Positions 53,930-64,000 of a stretch of 64,000 nucleotides of DNA are shown here, piece by piece. The notes under the pieces are model-generated. The model saw only the letters and a program-made list of their open reading frames with translations, had not been told where the DNA came from and made no database searches. Positions within the stretch are counted from its first letter, which is position 1; each line of letters starts with the position of its first letter. The position numbers and the translations under genes were made by a program. Source of the DNA: Candidatus Hydrogenedentales bacterium (GTDB taxonomy: Bacteria > Hydrogenedentota > Hydrogenedentia > Hydrogenedentales > JAEUWI01). The stretch is from NCBI GenBank assembly GCA_942492815.1, contig OW818658.1:3862059-3926058 (forward strand), read 5' to 3'.

Positions 53930-56512
53930 CTATCCCTCCAGGGACTCCACGTTGATAATCGCGGGACCATCCTTGTCGGTGTTGAGCAATTGCTCGGAAA
54001 CCGCGTCTTCGATGTTCTCGACAAACAAGGTGCGCAGAGGACGCGCGCCGAGGAGGGTGTCGAAGCCGTTTTCCACGAGGTAATCGCACACTTCCTTGGC
54101 CAGCGTGATGGAAACGACCACCTCCGTGCCTTCGGGATCTTTGCAGGTCACCGTGCGGACGCCGTCATCCCCCACCTTCACCTCAAACCACTTGTTGCAC
54201 TCGCTCCGCTCGGGCGGCAGAATTATTTTGCGCGCGAGGGCGACTCGCTCGCACAAATCGCGCATGAGCTTGTTCAGGATATTGGACTGCTCCGCCATGC
54301 CCAGCGCGCCGAAGACGAGGGGGCGTCCCATGCGACCGAAAAGTTCCGGGGGAAGGCCCGGCACGGCCAGCATGGCCTGCTTCACGATCTCTTCCGCTGA
54401 AGGTGCCTCCTCCGCATCGCCTTCCGCCTCGTCCAGCAGGCGGTTGGCCTCGCCCTGAAGAATGGCCAGGGTCTGGGGGGTCAGGTTCGGCGTGGTGGAG
54501 GCAATTTCCTGCAGGATAATCTTCACCACCTGATTCTGGACTTCCGCCGTGGCCTCGGGATTGGCCGCAAGCCAGCCCTTGATCCGGTGGCGCAGTTCAC
54601 CGAGCTGGGCCAGGATCGCCGCACCCACGTTGGTCGTGATGATGATCACCGTATTCTGGAAGTCGATATTGCGTCCCATGGAATCGGTCAGACGCGCCTC
54701 GTCAAACAACTGCAGGAAGATGCGCCAAATGTTCGGATGGGCCTTTTCGAACTCGTCAAGGAGCACCAGTGAATAAGGCTTGCGCCGCACGGCTTCGGTG
54801 AGCATGCCTCCCTCTTCCGCGCCCTGGTATCCGCGATCGGAACCGATGAGACGGTTGCGGGCCGTTTCCGTTCCGTACTCGGACAGGTCGATGCGGACCA
54901 GCGCGTCTTCGCTGCCATACCACTCGGCGGCGATGGCCTTGGCCAGCTCCGTCTTGCCCACACCCGAGGGTCCGGCAAAGAGAAAGACCGCCTGGGGCTG
55001 CTTGGGTGGCGTGAGGCCAACGAAGGCACGCTTCATGGTCTTCACCACCGCCTTGATGGGCTCGGGCTGACCGAAGACGCGGCGAGAAAGATTCTCGTTG
55101 AGCTTCAGCAGCTTCTGGCGCTGATCTTCCGACATGTTCTCGACGGGGATGTTGGTGCGCTCGGATACGGCCTGGGCCACGTGCGCCCCGGTCACCGGGG
55201 GCTGATAGCCGGGCTCGTGATCCGCCGTCACATGATTGAGGATCACCATGGCACCGGCTTCGTCCAGAATGCCCAGTTCGCGGGCGGGCGAGCGCACTTC
55301 ACCGATGTAGCGCCGCGCGAGGGTGTTCACGCGGTTCAAGGCTTCTTCGGTGTAGTCCACGGTATGGTGCTTGCCATAGACCGGCTTTACGCGGCGCAGG
55401 ATCTCGGCCACGTCCGCCGGACTCTGCTCGGGCACGATGACCGGACTGAAGCGACGGCGCAGGGCGCCGTCCTTTTCAATAGCGCGAAACTCGGAGAAGG
55501 TCGTTGCGCCGATGCACCACAGTTCGCCCCGCGCCAGGGCCGGCTTCATGAGATTGGCCGCGTCCATGCCGCCGCTCTCCCCGGTCTCGCCGAGGCCCAC
55601 CAACTGGTGAATTTCGTCGATGAAGAGAATGACGGAGCCTTTGGCGTTCTGCAGTTCGCGCAAGACCGCCGTGAGGCGCTGTTCGAACTCGCCGCGGTAT
55701 TTGGAGCCGGCCATGATAAGGCCCAGATCAAGGCTGATTATTTTCTTGCCCTTCAGGCGCTCCGGAACGCGATCCTTCACGATGTCCAGCGCGAGGCCCT
55801 CCACGATTTTGGTCTTGCCCACGCCGGGTTCGCCGAGGAGGATGGGGTTGTTGGCTTCCTTCTTCAGCAAAATGCTGGAGAGACGTCGCACTTCATCCGC
55901 GCGGCCGATGACTTCTTCCAGCCCGCCTGCGGCGGCCTTCGCCGTCAAGTCGTAGCCATAGGTCTTCAGGGCTTCGATGGAGGCGGCGGCGGCGGTCTCG
56001 CGGCTCACCGCGCCTGCGGGCACCTGGCGCTCGCCGTCGAGAATGGAGCTGGTGAGGCCGAAATCCGTCGCAATAAAGGAATCAATCGCATGGGTGCGAT
56101 AGTCGATGATGCCGGCCAGCAGATCTTCCCACTCGATCTGGTCCCGCGTCTTCATCTTGGCATTCAAGCCTTCGATGACGCGCTCCAGGCCGTGGCCCGC
56201 CTTGGCGGGTCGGTTTACGAGGAGTGTGCAAAGTTGGTTCAGCTCTTCGGAGTACTGGCCCTTGGCCACCTTCTGCTTGGGAAGGTTGCTGATGAACTGG
56301 TGGTTCAGCGCGACGCGAAACTCGCCGAAGGTGCGCCGTTCCTTGCCGTCATCGCCGTCGAATAACTTGCGTAGCGAGCTTTTCTCCCGATCCATGGCAT
56401 CGACCCAGAGCAGGTGTTGAAAATCGATGGGGCCCAGCCCCAGCGCCCGCGCCTTGTCGAATCGCTGCTCGCGGGTAAACCTGTCAAAACGATCTTCATC
56501 CAATGTGGGCAT
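53930..56512 (-). CDS. clpV: Clp/Hsp100-family double-AAA+ ATPase, probable T6SS ClpV (TssH), with atypical domain spacing
   Basis: Two Clp_N-like repeats at the N-terminus. AAA1 Walker [12 protein letters not shown]2 Walker A GPSGVGKT. No long ClpB-type middle domain between them. GARPLRT sensor motif displaced about 150 aa after AAA2 by an insertion. The only Clp-type ATPase near the T6SS genes. Confidence 0.8.
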   Translation of the reverse strand: MPTLDEDRFDRFTREQRFDKARALGLGPIDFQHLLWVDAMDREKSSLRKLFDGDDGKERRTFGEFRVALNHQFISNLPKQKVAKGQYSEELNQLCTLLVNRPAKAGHGLERVIEGLNAKMKTRDQIEWEDLLAGIIDYRTHAIDSFIATDFGLTSSILDGERQVPAGAVSRETAAAASIEALKTYGYDLTAKAAAGGLEEVIGRADEVRRLSSILLKKEANNPILLGEPGVGKTKIVEGLALDIVKDRVPERLKGKKIISLDLGLIMAGSKYRGEFEQRLTAVLRELQNAKGSVILFIDEIHQLVGLGETGESGGMDAANLMKPALARGELWCIGATTFSEFRAIEKDGALRRRFSPVIVPEQSPADVAEILRRVKPVYGKHHTVDYTEEALNRVNTLARRYIGEVRSPARELGILDEAGAMVILNHVTADHEPGYQPPVTGAHVAQAVSERTNIPVENMSEDQRQKLLKLNENLSRRVFGQPEPIKAVVKTMKRAFVGLTPPKQPQAVFLFAGPSGVGKTELAKAIAAEWYGSEDALVRIDLSEYGTETARNRLIGSDRGYQGAEEGGMLTEAVRRKPYSLVLLDEFEKAHPNIWRIFLQLFDEARLTDSMGRNIDFQNTVIIITTNVGAAILAQLGELRHRIKGWLAANPEATAEVQNQVVKIILQEIASTTPNLTPQTLAILQGEANRLLDEAEGDAEEAPSAEEIVKQAMLAVPGLPPELFGRMGRPLVFGALGMAEQSNILNKLMRDLCERVALARKIILPPERSECNKWFEVKVGDDGVRTVTCKDPEGTEVVVSITLAKEVCDYLVENGFDTLLGARPLRTLFVENIEDAVSEQLLNTDKDGPAIINVESLEG

Positions 56513-57010
56513 GAATTAGAGCTCCCTGTGCGGTTACGTAGTACGGTTCCCAACCCTTCGCCAGCGACTAACTTCCTCAGTTTTCGCAGCGCGAGTCCAT
56601 AGACTAAGAAAACGACAGCGGAAATGCAACTACTATCTTTGGTTTTTCGGGTGGCGGGTGGGATCCGGCGCGCTTCGACGTGGTTTTATCTCGCCCCACA
56701 AGGGAAGCGTTTCCCACAGATGGACTCAGATGGACAAAGAGAAGCTGGAGCCGCCCGTTAGAGGCAGACAGGTGAGGTCTATTCAAATCAGGAAAGGGTC
56801 AGCCCATTGGTGAAGATCTCTTTTCGTTTTACCTATGCAGTTCCGTGAGGATCTGTGGGGAAATTTTAATCGAGGCGGTCAAAGGTTGCTTCCATTTCCT
56901 CCGCGGGAATGTTTCGCAGAAAACAGATTTCCGGCTCGCCAATCGTGTAAATTGTTGTACATTCGCGCTTCGGTAAAACACCTGAGCCAAACTATATTGG
57001 GAGCACTTCG

Positions 57011-58687
57011 ATGATTCAGATCTCAGCCACAGTTTGGGCCCACCCGCGCAACGCCATCATGGGAGTCGCGATCTTCGTTAGTGCGTTTTCAAGTCTGGCA
57101 GAGCTCCAGAATGTCAAGATCTCCGGTGACATTCGTATTCGTCCCAACTACTACTCGGACTTGTCTTTATCTTCTCCCCCATCCCCGACCCGCATCGATC
57201 TCCCCGATCCCGAGATCGCCGCGGCCTATGAAGCCGCCGCGACGCAAAACGTCCTCGCCGCCGTGAACCCCGATATCTTCCCGGGCTACTGGTCCGTCTG
57301 CGCCGATGGGATTGGCCATGGCCATGGCAACACCTTCCCCGCGCTGGACGGGCACCAGATGGCCGATGCGTTGCTCTATCTGGGGCAAGTGGAGACGGTG
57401 AAGCTGAATTGGGACTACGTGAAGACCTTCCAGCGGCCCGATGGGCAACTGCCCTTTGCCATCCTCCCCGCATCCGCAGGGAAGCCGATTGGCCCGCCGG
57501 AGGGTGGCATTTCGGTCGATCCCAATGGCGGTCTATACACCCACTGGGTGCCGGACAATCCCCTGCGTGCGCTGGGCTACACGACCTACATCCAGAATGC
57601 CGATGTGCTCTATCGCATGACGGGCGATCTGGCCTGGCTGAAGGAAAACCTTCCCTCGATCAATCTCGCGTCGGACTACTTCGCGGGCATGATCACGCCC
57701 GAGGGCGCGGTGGGCGGTGCGGGCTACTACGTGGAGCGACCCACACGCGTGGAGTATGATGGCGTGACCCAGGGCCATGCCGTAGACGCCTTTCGTCGTC
57801 TCGCGGATTTGAATGAGATCGTGGGTGACACCGAGGCCGCCAAACGCTACCGCACTCTCGCCGATCGCGTGGAGCAGCACTTTCAGACGAAATTCTGGGC
57901 GGGCGAGCACTTCGCGGAGTACATTCACCCGGGGCGCGGCCCCATCTCGAACCACGGCCTCACCGACACGGACTGGACCGCCCTCGCCATGAACGTGGCG
58001 ACTGAAGAGCAACGGGCGAAAGTGTGGCCCCAGCTCCAGCACGAGATGAAGTTCCGTTATGCGGGCATGCCCACGGGCATCGCGACGATGCCGGAGACCT
58101 ATGAAGCCTGGGAATTCAGCCACGACGACCGCATGGACCTCGCCGCCATGGGCCGCGTGTGGTACATCGAGTGCCACGCCCGCGCCAACATGGGCGACGC
58201 CGATGGCCTCGCCGACGCAATTCGTGCGGTGTGCAGGGTGGGCCGGGAAAATGGCTACTACTGGCGCGAACGCTACAACGCCGAGGGCGGCTTCGGCGTG
58301 GAAAAGTATTGTGAGTATCCCGCGAACCTGATCCGCGTGGTCCAGCGCTTTGTGATGGGCGTGGAGTATCGCCTTGATGGCTCGGTGGCGCTGGCACCCA
58401 ATGTGCCTTCGGACTATTGGAAGAAGGGCTTTGGGCAAAACTTAGCCTGGCGCGGGCGGGAACTTAGCTATCGCTTCACGGACACGTCTTTTTCAGCGAC
58501 CTACAAAGGCAACTCGGGACTCAGCATAAGTATTCGCTTCCCGGAAGCGTGGTCCAAAAAGACGCTCGAACTCAAGACAGACGGGCTCGCAGCTGTAATG
58601 AATAGTACAGGCAACTGGGCTGACGTCCAAGTGGTGGTTCCCGAGGGTGCCGAAGCAGGAAGCCTCGTCATTCACCCCTCGGAATAA
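57011..58687 (+). CDS. hypothetical protein, possibly an (alpha/alpha)6-barrel glycoside hydrolase-like enzyme
   Basis: 558-aa ORF with an N-terminal hydrophobic segment (possible signal from the internal ATG at MGVAIFVSAFSSLAEL). No motif recognised with confidence. Confidence 0.5.
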   Translation: MIQISATVWAHPRNAIMGVAIFVSAFSSLAELQNVKISGDIRIRPNYYSDLSLSSPPSPTRIDLPDPEIAAAYEAAATQNVLAAVNPDIFPGYWSVCADGIGHGHGNTFPALDGHQMADALLYLGQVETVKLNWDYVKTFQRPDGQLPFAILPASAGKPIGPPEGGISVDPNGGLYTHWVPDNPLRALGYTTYIQNADVLYRMTGDLAWLKENLPSINLASDYFAGMITPEGAVGGAGYYVERPTRVEYDGVTQGHAVDAFRRLADLNEIVGDTEAAKRYRTLADRVEQHFQTKFWAGEHFAEYIHPGRGPISNHGLTDTDWTALAMNVATEEQRAKVWPQLQHEMKFRYAGMPTGIATMPETYEAWEFSHDDRMDLAAMGRVWYIECHARANMGDADGLADAIRAVCRVGRENGYYWRERYNAEGGFGVEKYCEYPANLIRVVQRFVMGVEYRLDGSVALAPNVPSDYWKKGFGQNLAWRGRELSYRFTDTSFSATYKGNSGLSISIRFPEAWSKKTLELKTDGLAAVMNSTGNWADVQVVVPEGAEAGSLVIHPSE

Positions 58688-58744
58688 ATTCCAGTTTTCC
58701 ATGAGCCACAGGTCGAAGGGGTATCGTTGGCGTAGCGTGGCGTT

Positions 58745-58904
58745 CCGAAGGTGGGTTAAGCTTCCAGCTTGACACAAAGCGCATGTCGGTGGAAAGCGGC
58801 CCCAAGAATGTGTATATCGTTCGTAATCTATCCAACAAGACGCAGTGGTCCTTCGAACATCATCGTCGCTTTTGTGTCAAGCTGGAAGCTTAACCCACCT
58901 TCGG
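58745..58904. repeat. long near-perfect inverted repeat (about 37-bp arms, 86-bp spacer) in the intergenic region; candidate structured RNA or MITE
   Basis: ccgaaggtgggttaagcttccagcttgacacaaagcg (58745-58781) and cgcttttgtgtcaagctggaagcttaacccaccttcgg (58868-58904) are reverse complements apart from one extra T. Confidence 0.6.
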
Positions 58905-58971
58905 TTCACCTCCCTCTGTGTTGATGGTGTCCTGTTACGATTGAACTCTTTACTCCCACACGAGGTATTCC

Positions 58972-59775
58972 ATGCCCATTACCGCCGCCTGTCTCCAATA
59001 CGAAGTCGCCTTCGGTAACTGGTCCCTCAATGCCGCCACCATTCGCCGACTCCTGGCCGGTGCGCCCGAGTTCAATCTCCTTGTCCTGCCCGAGCTGGCC
59101 TTCTCGGGCTATGACTTCCGCGATCGCGACGAGCTCCACGCCCTCGCCGAGCACTTCCACGACGGGCCGACCGCCGACCTGCTGCGTGAGCTGGCACGCA
59201 AACGCAACGCCGTGATCGTTGCGGGCTATGCCGAGCGCGCTCCCGAGGGCTGCTACAACGCGGCTATGCTGGTCTGCCCCGATGGCTCGGCCCACAACTA
59301 CCGCAAGATCCACCTCTTCAATCGCGAGCAGGATGTCTTCCTGCCCGGCGACGCGCCGCCCTTCGTGGTGGACACGCCCGCGGGCCGCATTGGCATGATG
59401 ATCTGCTTCGACTGGTTCTTTCCCGAGACCGCGCGATCCCTGGCCCTGGCGGGCGCGCAGATCATCACCCACCCGAGCAATCTGGTGCTGCCGTGGTGCC
59501 AGCGCGCCATGTTCGCCCGCAGTCTGGAAAATGGTGTCTTCACCATCACCGCGAACCGCATCGGCACCGAAGCGCGCACCGACCGCAGCCTCACCTTCAC
59601 CGGCGCCAGCCAGATCCTGAACACCAAAGGCGAGACCCTCGCCAACGCCCCGACAGATCGCGAAGCGCTGGAAATCGCCACGCTCGATCCGACCCAGGCC
59701 GACAACAAGTCCATCGCGGGGCGCAATGATCTCTTCGGCGATCGGCGCGTCGAGTTTTACGATCGGCTCCACTGA
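58972..59775 (+). CDS. carbon-nitrogen hydrolase (nitrilase superfamily)
   Basis: Catalytic triad context: LPELAFSGY (Glu), YRKIHLF (Lys), MMICFDWFFPE (Cys). Confidence 0.8.
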   Translation: MPITAACLQYEVAFGNWSLNAATIRRLLAGAPEFNLLVLPELAFSGYDFRDRDELHALAEHFHDGPTADLLRELARKRNAVIVAGYAERAPEGCYNAAMLVCPDGSAHNYRKIHLFNREQDVFLPGDAPPFVVDTPAGRIGMMICFDWFFPETARSLALAGAQIITHPSNLVLPWCQRAMFARSLENGVFTITANRIGTEARTDRSLTFTGASQILNTKGETLANAPTDREALEIATLDPTQADNKSIAGRNDLFGDRRVEFYDRLH

Positions 59776-59961
59776 ACACAGCGCCATCCATCCTCTTTTC
59801 GAGCGTCGGCTGACGCAACAATCACGTCCCGCCAGACGCCTCGTTTCTATCGCGAATCCCTCTCCATTCGCGCCGAAAAACCCCGCCACTTGACAATGCG
59901 CTCTTTTAATTGCATAATTCAATCAAGCATTTGAATTGTTCAATTGATAAGGAGATCCAAG

Positions 59962-60597
59962 ATGAAAGACCGTGGACGGGGACATGAGACCCGACAGAAA
60001 ATTCTGGACGAGGCCTGCCGGGTGTTTGCCGAATCGGGCTATCGCGATGCCACGCACGCGGAAATTTGCCGCGCGGCCGGCGCCAACATCGCCTCTATTA
60101 ATTATCACTTTCAGTCGAAAGAAGCGCTTTACCGCGAGGTTTTCGAGCACCTGGAGCAGCGGGTCGAATCGGCGTGGCCGATTGATGGATCGCTACCGGT
60201 CTCCGCCCCTCCGGAACGTCGCCTGAAGGCCTTCATTGTCGCACTTCTCGGTCGCATCTATTCCGATGGTGTCGGTGGCCAACAGCACCGCATCCTCATG
60301 TCGGAACGCTTCTCGCCCACCGGCCTTCTGGACGATCTGCTGGAGGCAACCCTCGCGCGGCATCGCGCCCACATCACCAGCATCCTGCGCGAGTTGCTCG
60401 GCCCCGGTGCGACGGAGGAAACCGTGCTCTGGTGCGAGATGAGCCTCGTGGGGCAGTGCATGATCGGTCATGACGACGCCGACCCACGAGGACCTCGTTC
60501 ACTCTTCGGCATACACGCGGACAATCGTGAGCGCCTCGCGGAGCATCTATATCACTTCTCCCTCGGTGGTATCCGCGCCCTGAAGAAACGGGCTTGA
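59962..60597 (+). CDS. TetR-family transcriptional regulator
   Basis: N-terminal helix-turn-helix TRQKILDEACRVFAESGYRDATHAEICRAAGANIASINYHFQSKEALY. Shine-Dalgarno aaggaga 7 nt upstream of the ATG at 59962. Immediately upstream of the efflux operon. Confidence 0.75.
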   Translation: MKDRGRGHETRQKILDEACRVFAESGYRDATHAEICRAAGANIASINYHFQSKEALYREVFEHLEQRVESAWPIDGSLPVSAPPERRLKAFIVALLGRIYSDGVGGQQHRILMSERFSPTGLLDDLLEATLARHRAHITSILRELLGPGATEETVLWCEMSLVGQCMIGHDDADPRGPRSLFGIHADNRERLAEHLYHFSLGGIRALKKRA

Positions 60598-60686
60598 CAG
60601 CCCAGCCGTCCCTCCTGACTGTAACCATTCCCCCGCACGGCACACAATCTCCCCAAAGATCACTTCGCCGCATAAGGAGACGCAGT

Positions 60687-61978
60687 ATGACCTCCGAACA
60701 CACCCCCACCGAACAGAACATCGCCCAAACCCTGGCGCAGGACCGCAAACGGAGTCGCCGGAGAACGGTCCTGACGATCCTGTTTCTCGTCGCCGTCACC
60801 GGCACCATTGTCGCGCGATTCTACCTCGTCGCGTCCCGCGAACCTGCGGGCCCGAGCTACGTGACCGAGATGATCGCCCGGAGCAACCTGGAGATCACGG
60901 TTTCCGCCACGGGCACCCTGGAGCCGGTCAAGACGGTGGATGTTGGTGTGGAAGTGTCTGGAACCATCAGCAGCGTCGAAGTCGATTTCAATGACCACGT
61001 CGAAGTCGGACAGGTCCTCGCGCGCCTCGACACGGCCATCCTGGAGGCCCAGTCTCTCCAGTCGCAGGCCGCCCTGGAGGCCGCCGAGGCCAAGGTCGGC
61101 CAGGTCAAAGCCACCCTCGCCGAAGCGCAAAGCCAGATGAACCGGCTCGATGAATTGCGCAAATCCACCGAAGGCAAGCTGCCGGCCCAAACGGACTACG
61201 ACGCCCAGCGCGCGACCCTCCAGCGGGCCCTCGCCGACCAGCGCAGCGCCGTGGCCGCCGTCCATCAGGCCCAGGCCACCCTGGATGTGGACAAGTCCAA
61301 TCTGACCAAGGCCGTGATTGTGTCGCCCATCAATGGCATCGTGCTGGATCGCCTCGTGGAGCCTGGCCAGACGGTAGCCGCTCAGTTGCAGACCCCCGTG
61401 CTCTTCACCCTGGCCGAAGATCTCACCCAGATGGAGCTTCAGATCGACGTGGACGAGGCGGATGTCGGCAAGGTGCGCGAGGAACAGGAAGCGACCTTCA
61501 CCGTGGACGCCTACCCCGATCGCCAGTTTCCCGCGCGCACCACCCAGGTCCGATTCGCGCCGGAAACTTCGGATGGCGTCGTGACTTACAAAGCCGTGCT
61601 CGCGGTTGATAATACGGATATGACCCTTCGCCCGGGCATGACGGCGACCGCCGTTCTAACGGTGGATAGCCGGAGCGACGTGCTGCTTGTTTCCAACGCC
61701 GCGCTCCGCTTCAGCCCGCCTGCCGATGAGGAAAGCAACACCGCTGGCGGCGGCAGCATCCTGAGCCGCATCTTGCCCCGGCCGCCCGCAAGAACCGCTG
61801 TTCCCCGGGTCGACGCCAACGCAAATGCCCGGGAACAGAGCGTCTGGATCCTGCGGGAAGGGGCCCTGGAGGCGGTATCCATCACGAAAGGCATGACCGA
61901 CGGGAAGTTTACCGAAGTTACGGAAGGCACCCTGGAAGCGGGGATGGCCGTGGTCACCGATACGAAAGGAACCGCGTC

Positions 61979-61982
<4 letters not shown>
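60687..61982 (+). CDS. efflux transporter periplasmic adaptor subunit (HlyD/MacA family)
   Basis: N-terminal membrane anchor TVLTILFLVAVTGTIVARF, coiled-coil (LEAQSLQSQAALEAAEAKVGQVKATLAEAQSQMNRL), lipoyl and beta-barrel segments. Shine-Dalgarno aaggaga upstream of the ATG at 60687. Confidence 0.75.
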
Positions 61983-62696
<714 letters not shown>

Positions 62697-62707
<11 letters not shown>

Positions 62708-63902
62708 CGCCCTGCTCCTCGCCCTGCGCGAACTGCGCCGCAATGTCATGCGCTCCATCCTCACCATGCTGGGCATCATCATCGGTGTGGCCGCCGTGAT
62801 CATCCTGGTCACCCTGGGCGGCGGCGCAACCCGCCAGGTGACGGAACAAATTTCGAGTCTCGGCAGCAACCTGCTCATGGTCACACCAGGCAAGATGATG
62901 GGCCCCGGCCAGTCTTCCGGGGCCGCGCCCTTCAAGCTGGCCGACGCCGAAGCGCTGACGCGGGAACTCTCGATCCTCCGCACGGTATCGCCCGTCGCCA
63001 GCAGCGGCGCGACCGCCATTTACGGAAACGAGAACTGGTCCACTTCGGTCACCGGGGTAACCGGCCAGTATCTCGATACGCTCAACCGCTCCACGGCCGA
63101 AGGTCGCCCCTTCACCGACAGCGAGTTCCGCTCCGGCGGCGCCGTTTGCCTCATCGGCGATACGGTGCGCGAAAAGCTCTTTGGCGCGCGCAACCCTATT
63201 GGAGAAAAAATTCGTCTCGGCAAGATCTCCTGCGAGGTCGTCGGACTTCTTGCCGCCAAGGGCCAATCTTCCATGGGCACGGATCAGGACGACATCGTCC
63301 TCCTTCCGCTGAACACTTTTCAGCGCCGTTTCGCGGGCAACGACGACGTGTCCATAATCCAGGTTTCCGTCCTTGATGGCGTCTCCACCGACCGGGCCCG
63401 CCGCGACATCGGCTGGGTCATGCGAAACCGGCGACACCTCTCGACGATCGAAGAGGACGATTTCAACGTGATGGACATGAAGGAAATTTCCAACATGCTT
63501 TCCGGCACCACGCGCATGATGACCGCCATGCTCAGCGCCGTCGCGGCGGTCAGCCTCCTCGTCGGTGGCATCGGCATTATGAACATCATGCTCGTCTCGG
63601 TGACCGAGCGAACCCGCGAAATCGGCACGCGCCTCGCCATCGGCGCGCTGGAGCGCGAAGTGCTCCTGCAATTTCTCGTGGAGGCGGTCGTCCTGTCTTC
63701 CCTGGGCGGGGTCATCGGCATCGCCATCGCCCTGAGTTCGTCCTGGTTCCTGGCCGGTCTCCTCGCCATGCCCTTCGTCCTCAATCTCAAAATCGTTGCC
63801 ATCGGATTCGTTTTTTCCGTCGCCGTCGGCGTGGTCTTCGGCTACTTTCCGGCGCGCAAGGCCGCGCGCCTCGACCCGATTGACGCCCTGCGCCACGAAT
63901 AA
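62697..63902 (+). CDS. ABC transporter permease (FtsX/MacB-type, 4 transmembrane helices with large periplasmic loop)
   Basis: N-terminal transmembrane helix ILTMLGIIIGVAAVIILVTLG, long periplasmic domain, and three C-terminal transmembrane helices. Shine-Dalgarno ggaggg upstream of the ATG at 62697. Confidence 0.8.
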
Positions 63903-63915
63903 AGGAGTTTGCTCT

Positions 63916-64000
63916 ATGAAACCAAGCCTCCGAAATCACGCCGCCCTGCTGGCCATCGCAACGCTCATGATCGCGGGCTGTGTCGTCGGCCCCGACTATG
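63916..64000 (+). CDS. efflux outer-membrane factor lipoprotein (NodT family), N-terminal fragment
   Basis: MKPSLRNHAALLAIATLMIAGCVVGPDY: lipobox IAGC and the GPDY motif typical of NodT-family OMFs. Shine-Dalgarno aaaggag upstream. Truncated by the window end. Confidence 0.55.
   Translation, partial: MKPSLRNHAALLAIATLMIAGCVVGPDY

Noticed and set aside
55181-56365. 394-aa + strand ORF
   Set aside because: Antisense to the ClpV-like gene.
56513-57010. Possible tRNA or small RNA in the 500-bp lower-GC gap between clpV and the glycosidase-like gene
   Set aside because: No cloverleaf-compatible segment (acceptor stem plus GTTC-type T-loop) could be identified by eye. It is more likely a divergent promoter region, left unannotated.

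Overview
High-GC (~65%) bacterial chromosomal segment, on plus and minus strands, dominated by a complete type VI secretion system (T6SS) structural operon on the minus strand (about 16.7-37.2 kb). Its gene order is tssA-tssB-tssC-hcp-tssE-tssF-tssG-vgrG-orf183-tssJ(like)-tssK-tssL-tssM-(Ig-like ORF)-orf112. A ClpV/TssH-like AAA+ ATPase lies detached about 16.5 kb away (53.9-56.5 kb), on the far side of a 12.6-kb gene. That gene encodes a 4199-aa surface protein with cadherin/VCBS-like repeats, a DUF11-like region and more than 20 EF-hand-like calcium loops, and is transcribed divergently from tssA. The left third holds an orphan DUF4280 (PAAR-like) gene divergent from a COG0523/CobW zinc-chaperone-type GTPase. 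It also holds an ISL3-family insertion sequence with 23-bp terminal inverted repeats and an 8-bp target duplication (TTAATGAA), inserted into a small repetitive element. An intact paralog of that element lies at 13.65 kb. Further left-side genes are a PEGA/PDZ secreted protein, a PKD-repeat plus SBBP-propeller lipoprotein, a di-heme cytochrome c peroxidase translationally coupled to a PAS-only membrane sensor, a LysM plus peptidoglycan-binding protein, and an amidohydrolase-2-fold protein with a 100-aa acidic N-terminus that is convergent with the T6SS operon. The right end carries anmK, a four-helix-bundle/zinc-finger fusion, a DUF5009-type membrane acyltransferase, a glycosidase-like protein, a nitrilase-superfamily hydrolase and a TetR-regulated HlyD/ABC/FtsX/OMF efflux operon. 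Two families of palindromic REP/MITE-like hairpin repeats populate intergenic gaps, including gaps inside the T6SS operon (after hcp, after vgrG, between tssG and vgrG). A 10-nt poly-A run at the 3' end of tssM links tssM in the -1 frame to a 380-aa Ig-like-repeat ORF, which suggests a frameshift or slippage fusion. No rRNA, tRNA or CRISPR arrays were recognised. Many long ORFs in the six-frame track are antisense shadows of real genes, as expected in GC-rich DNA.
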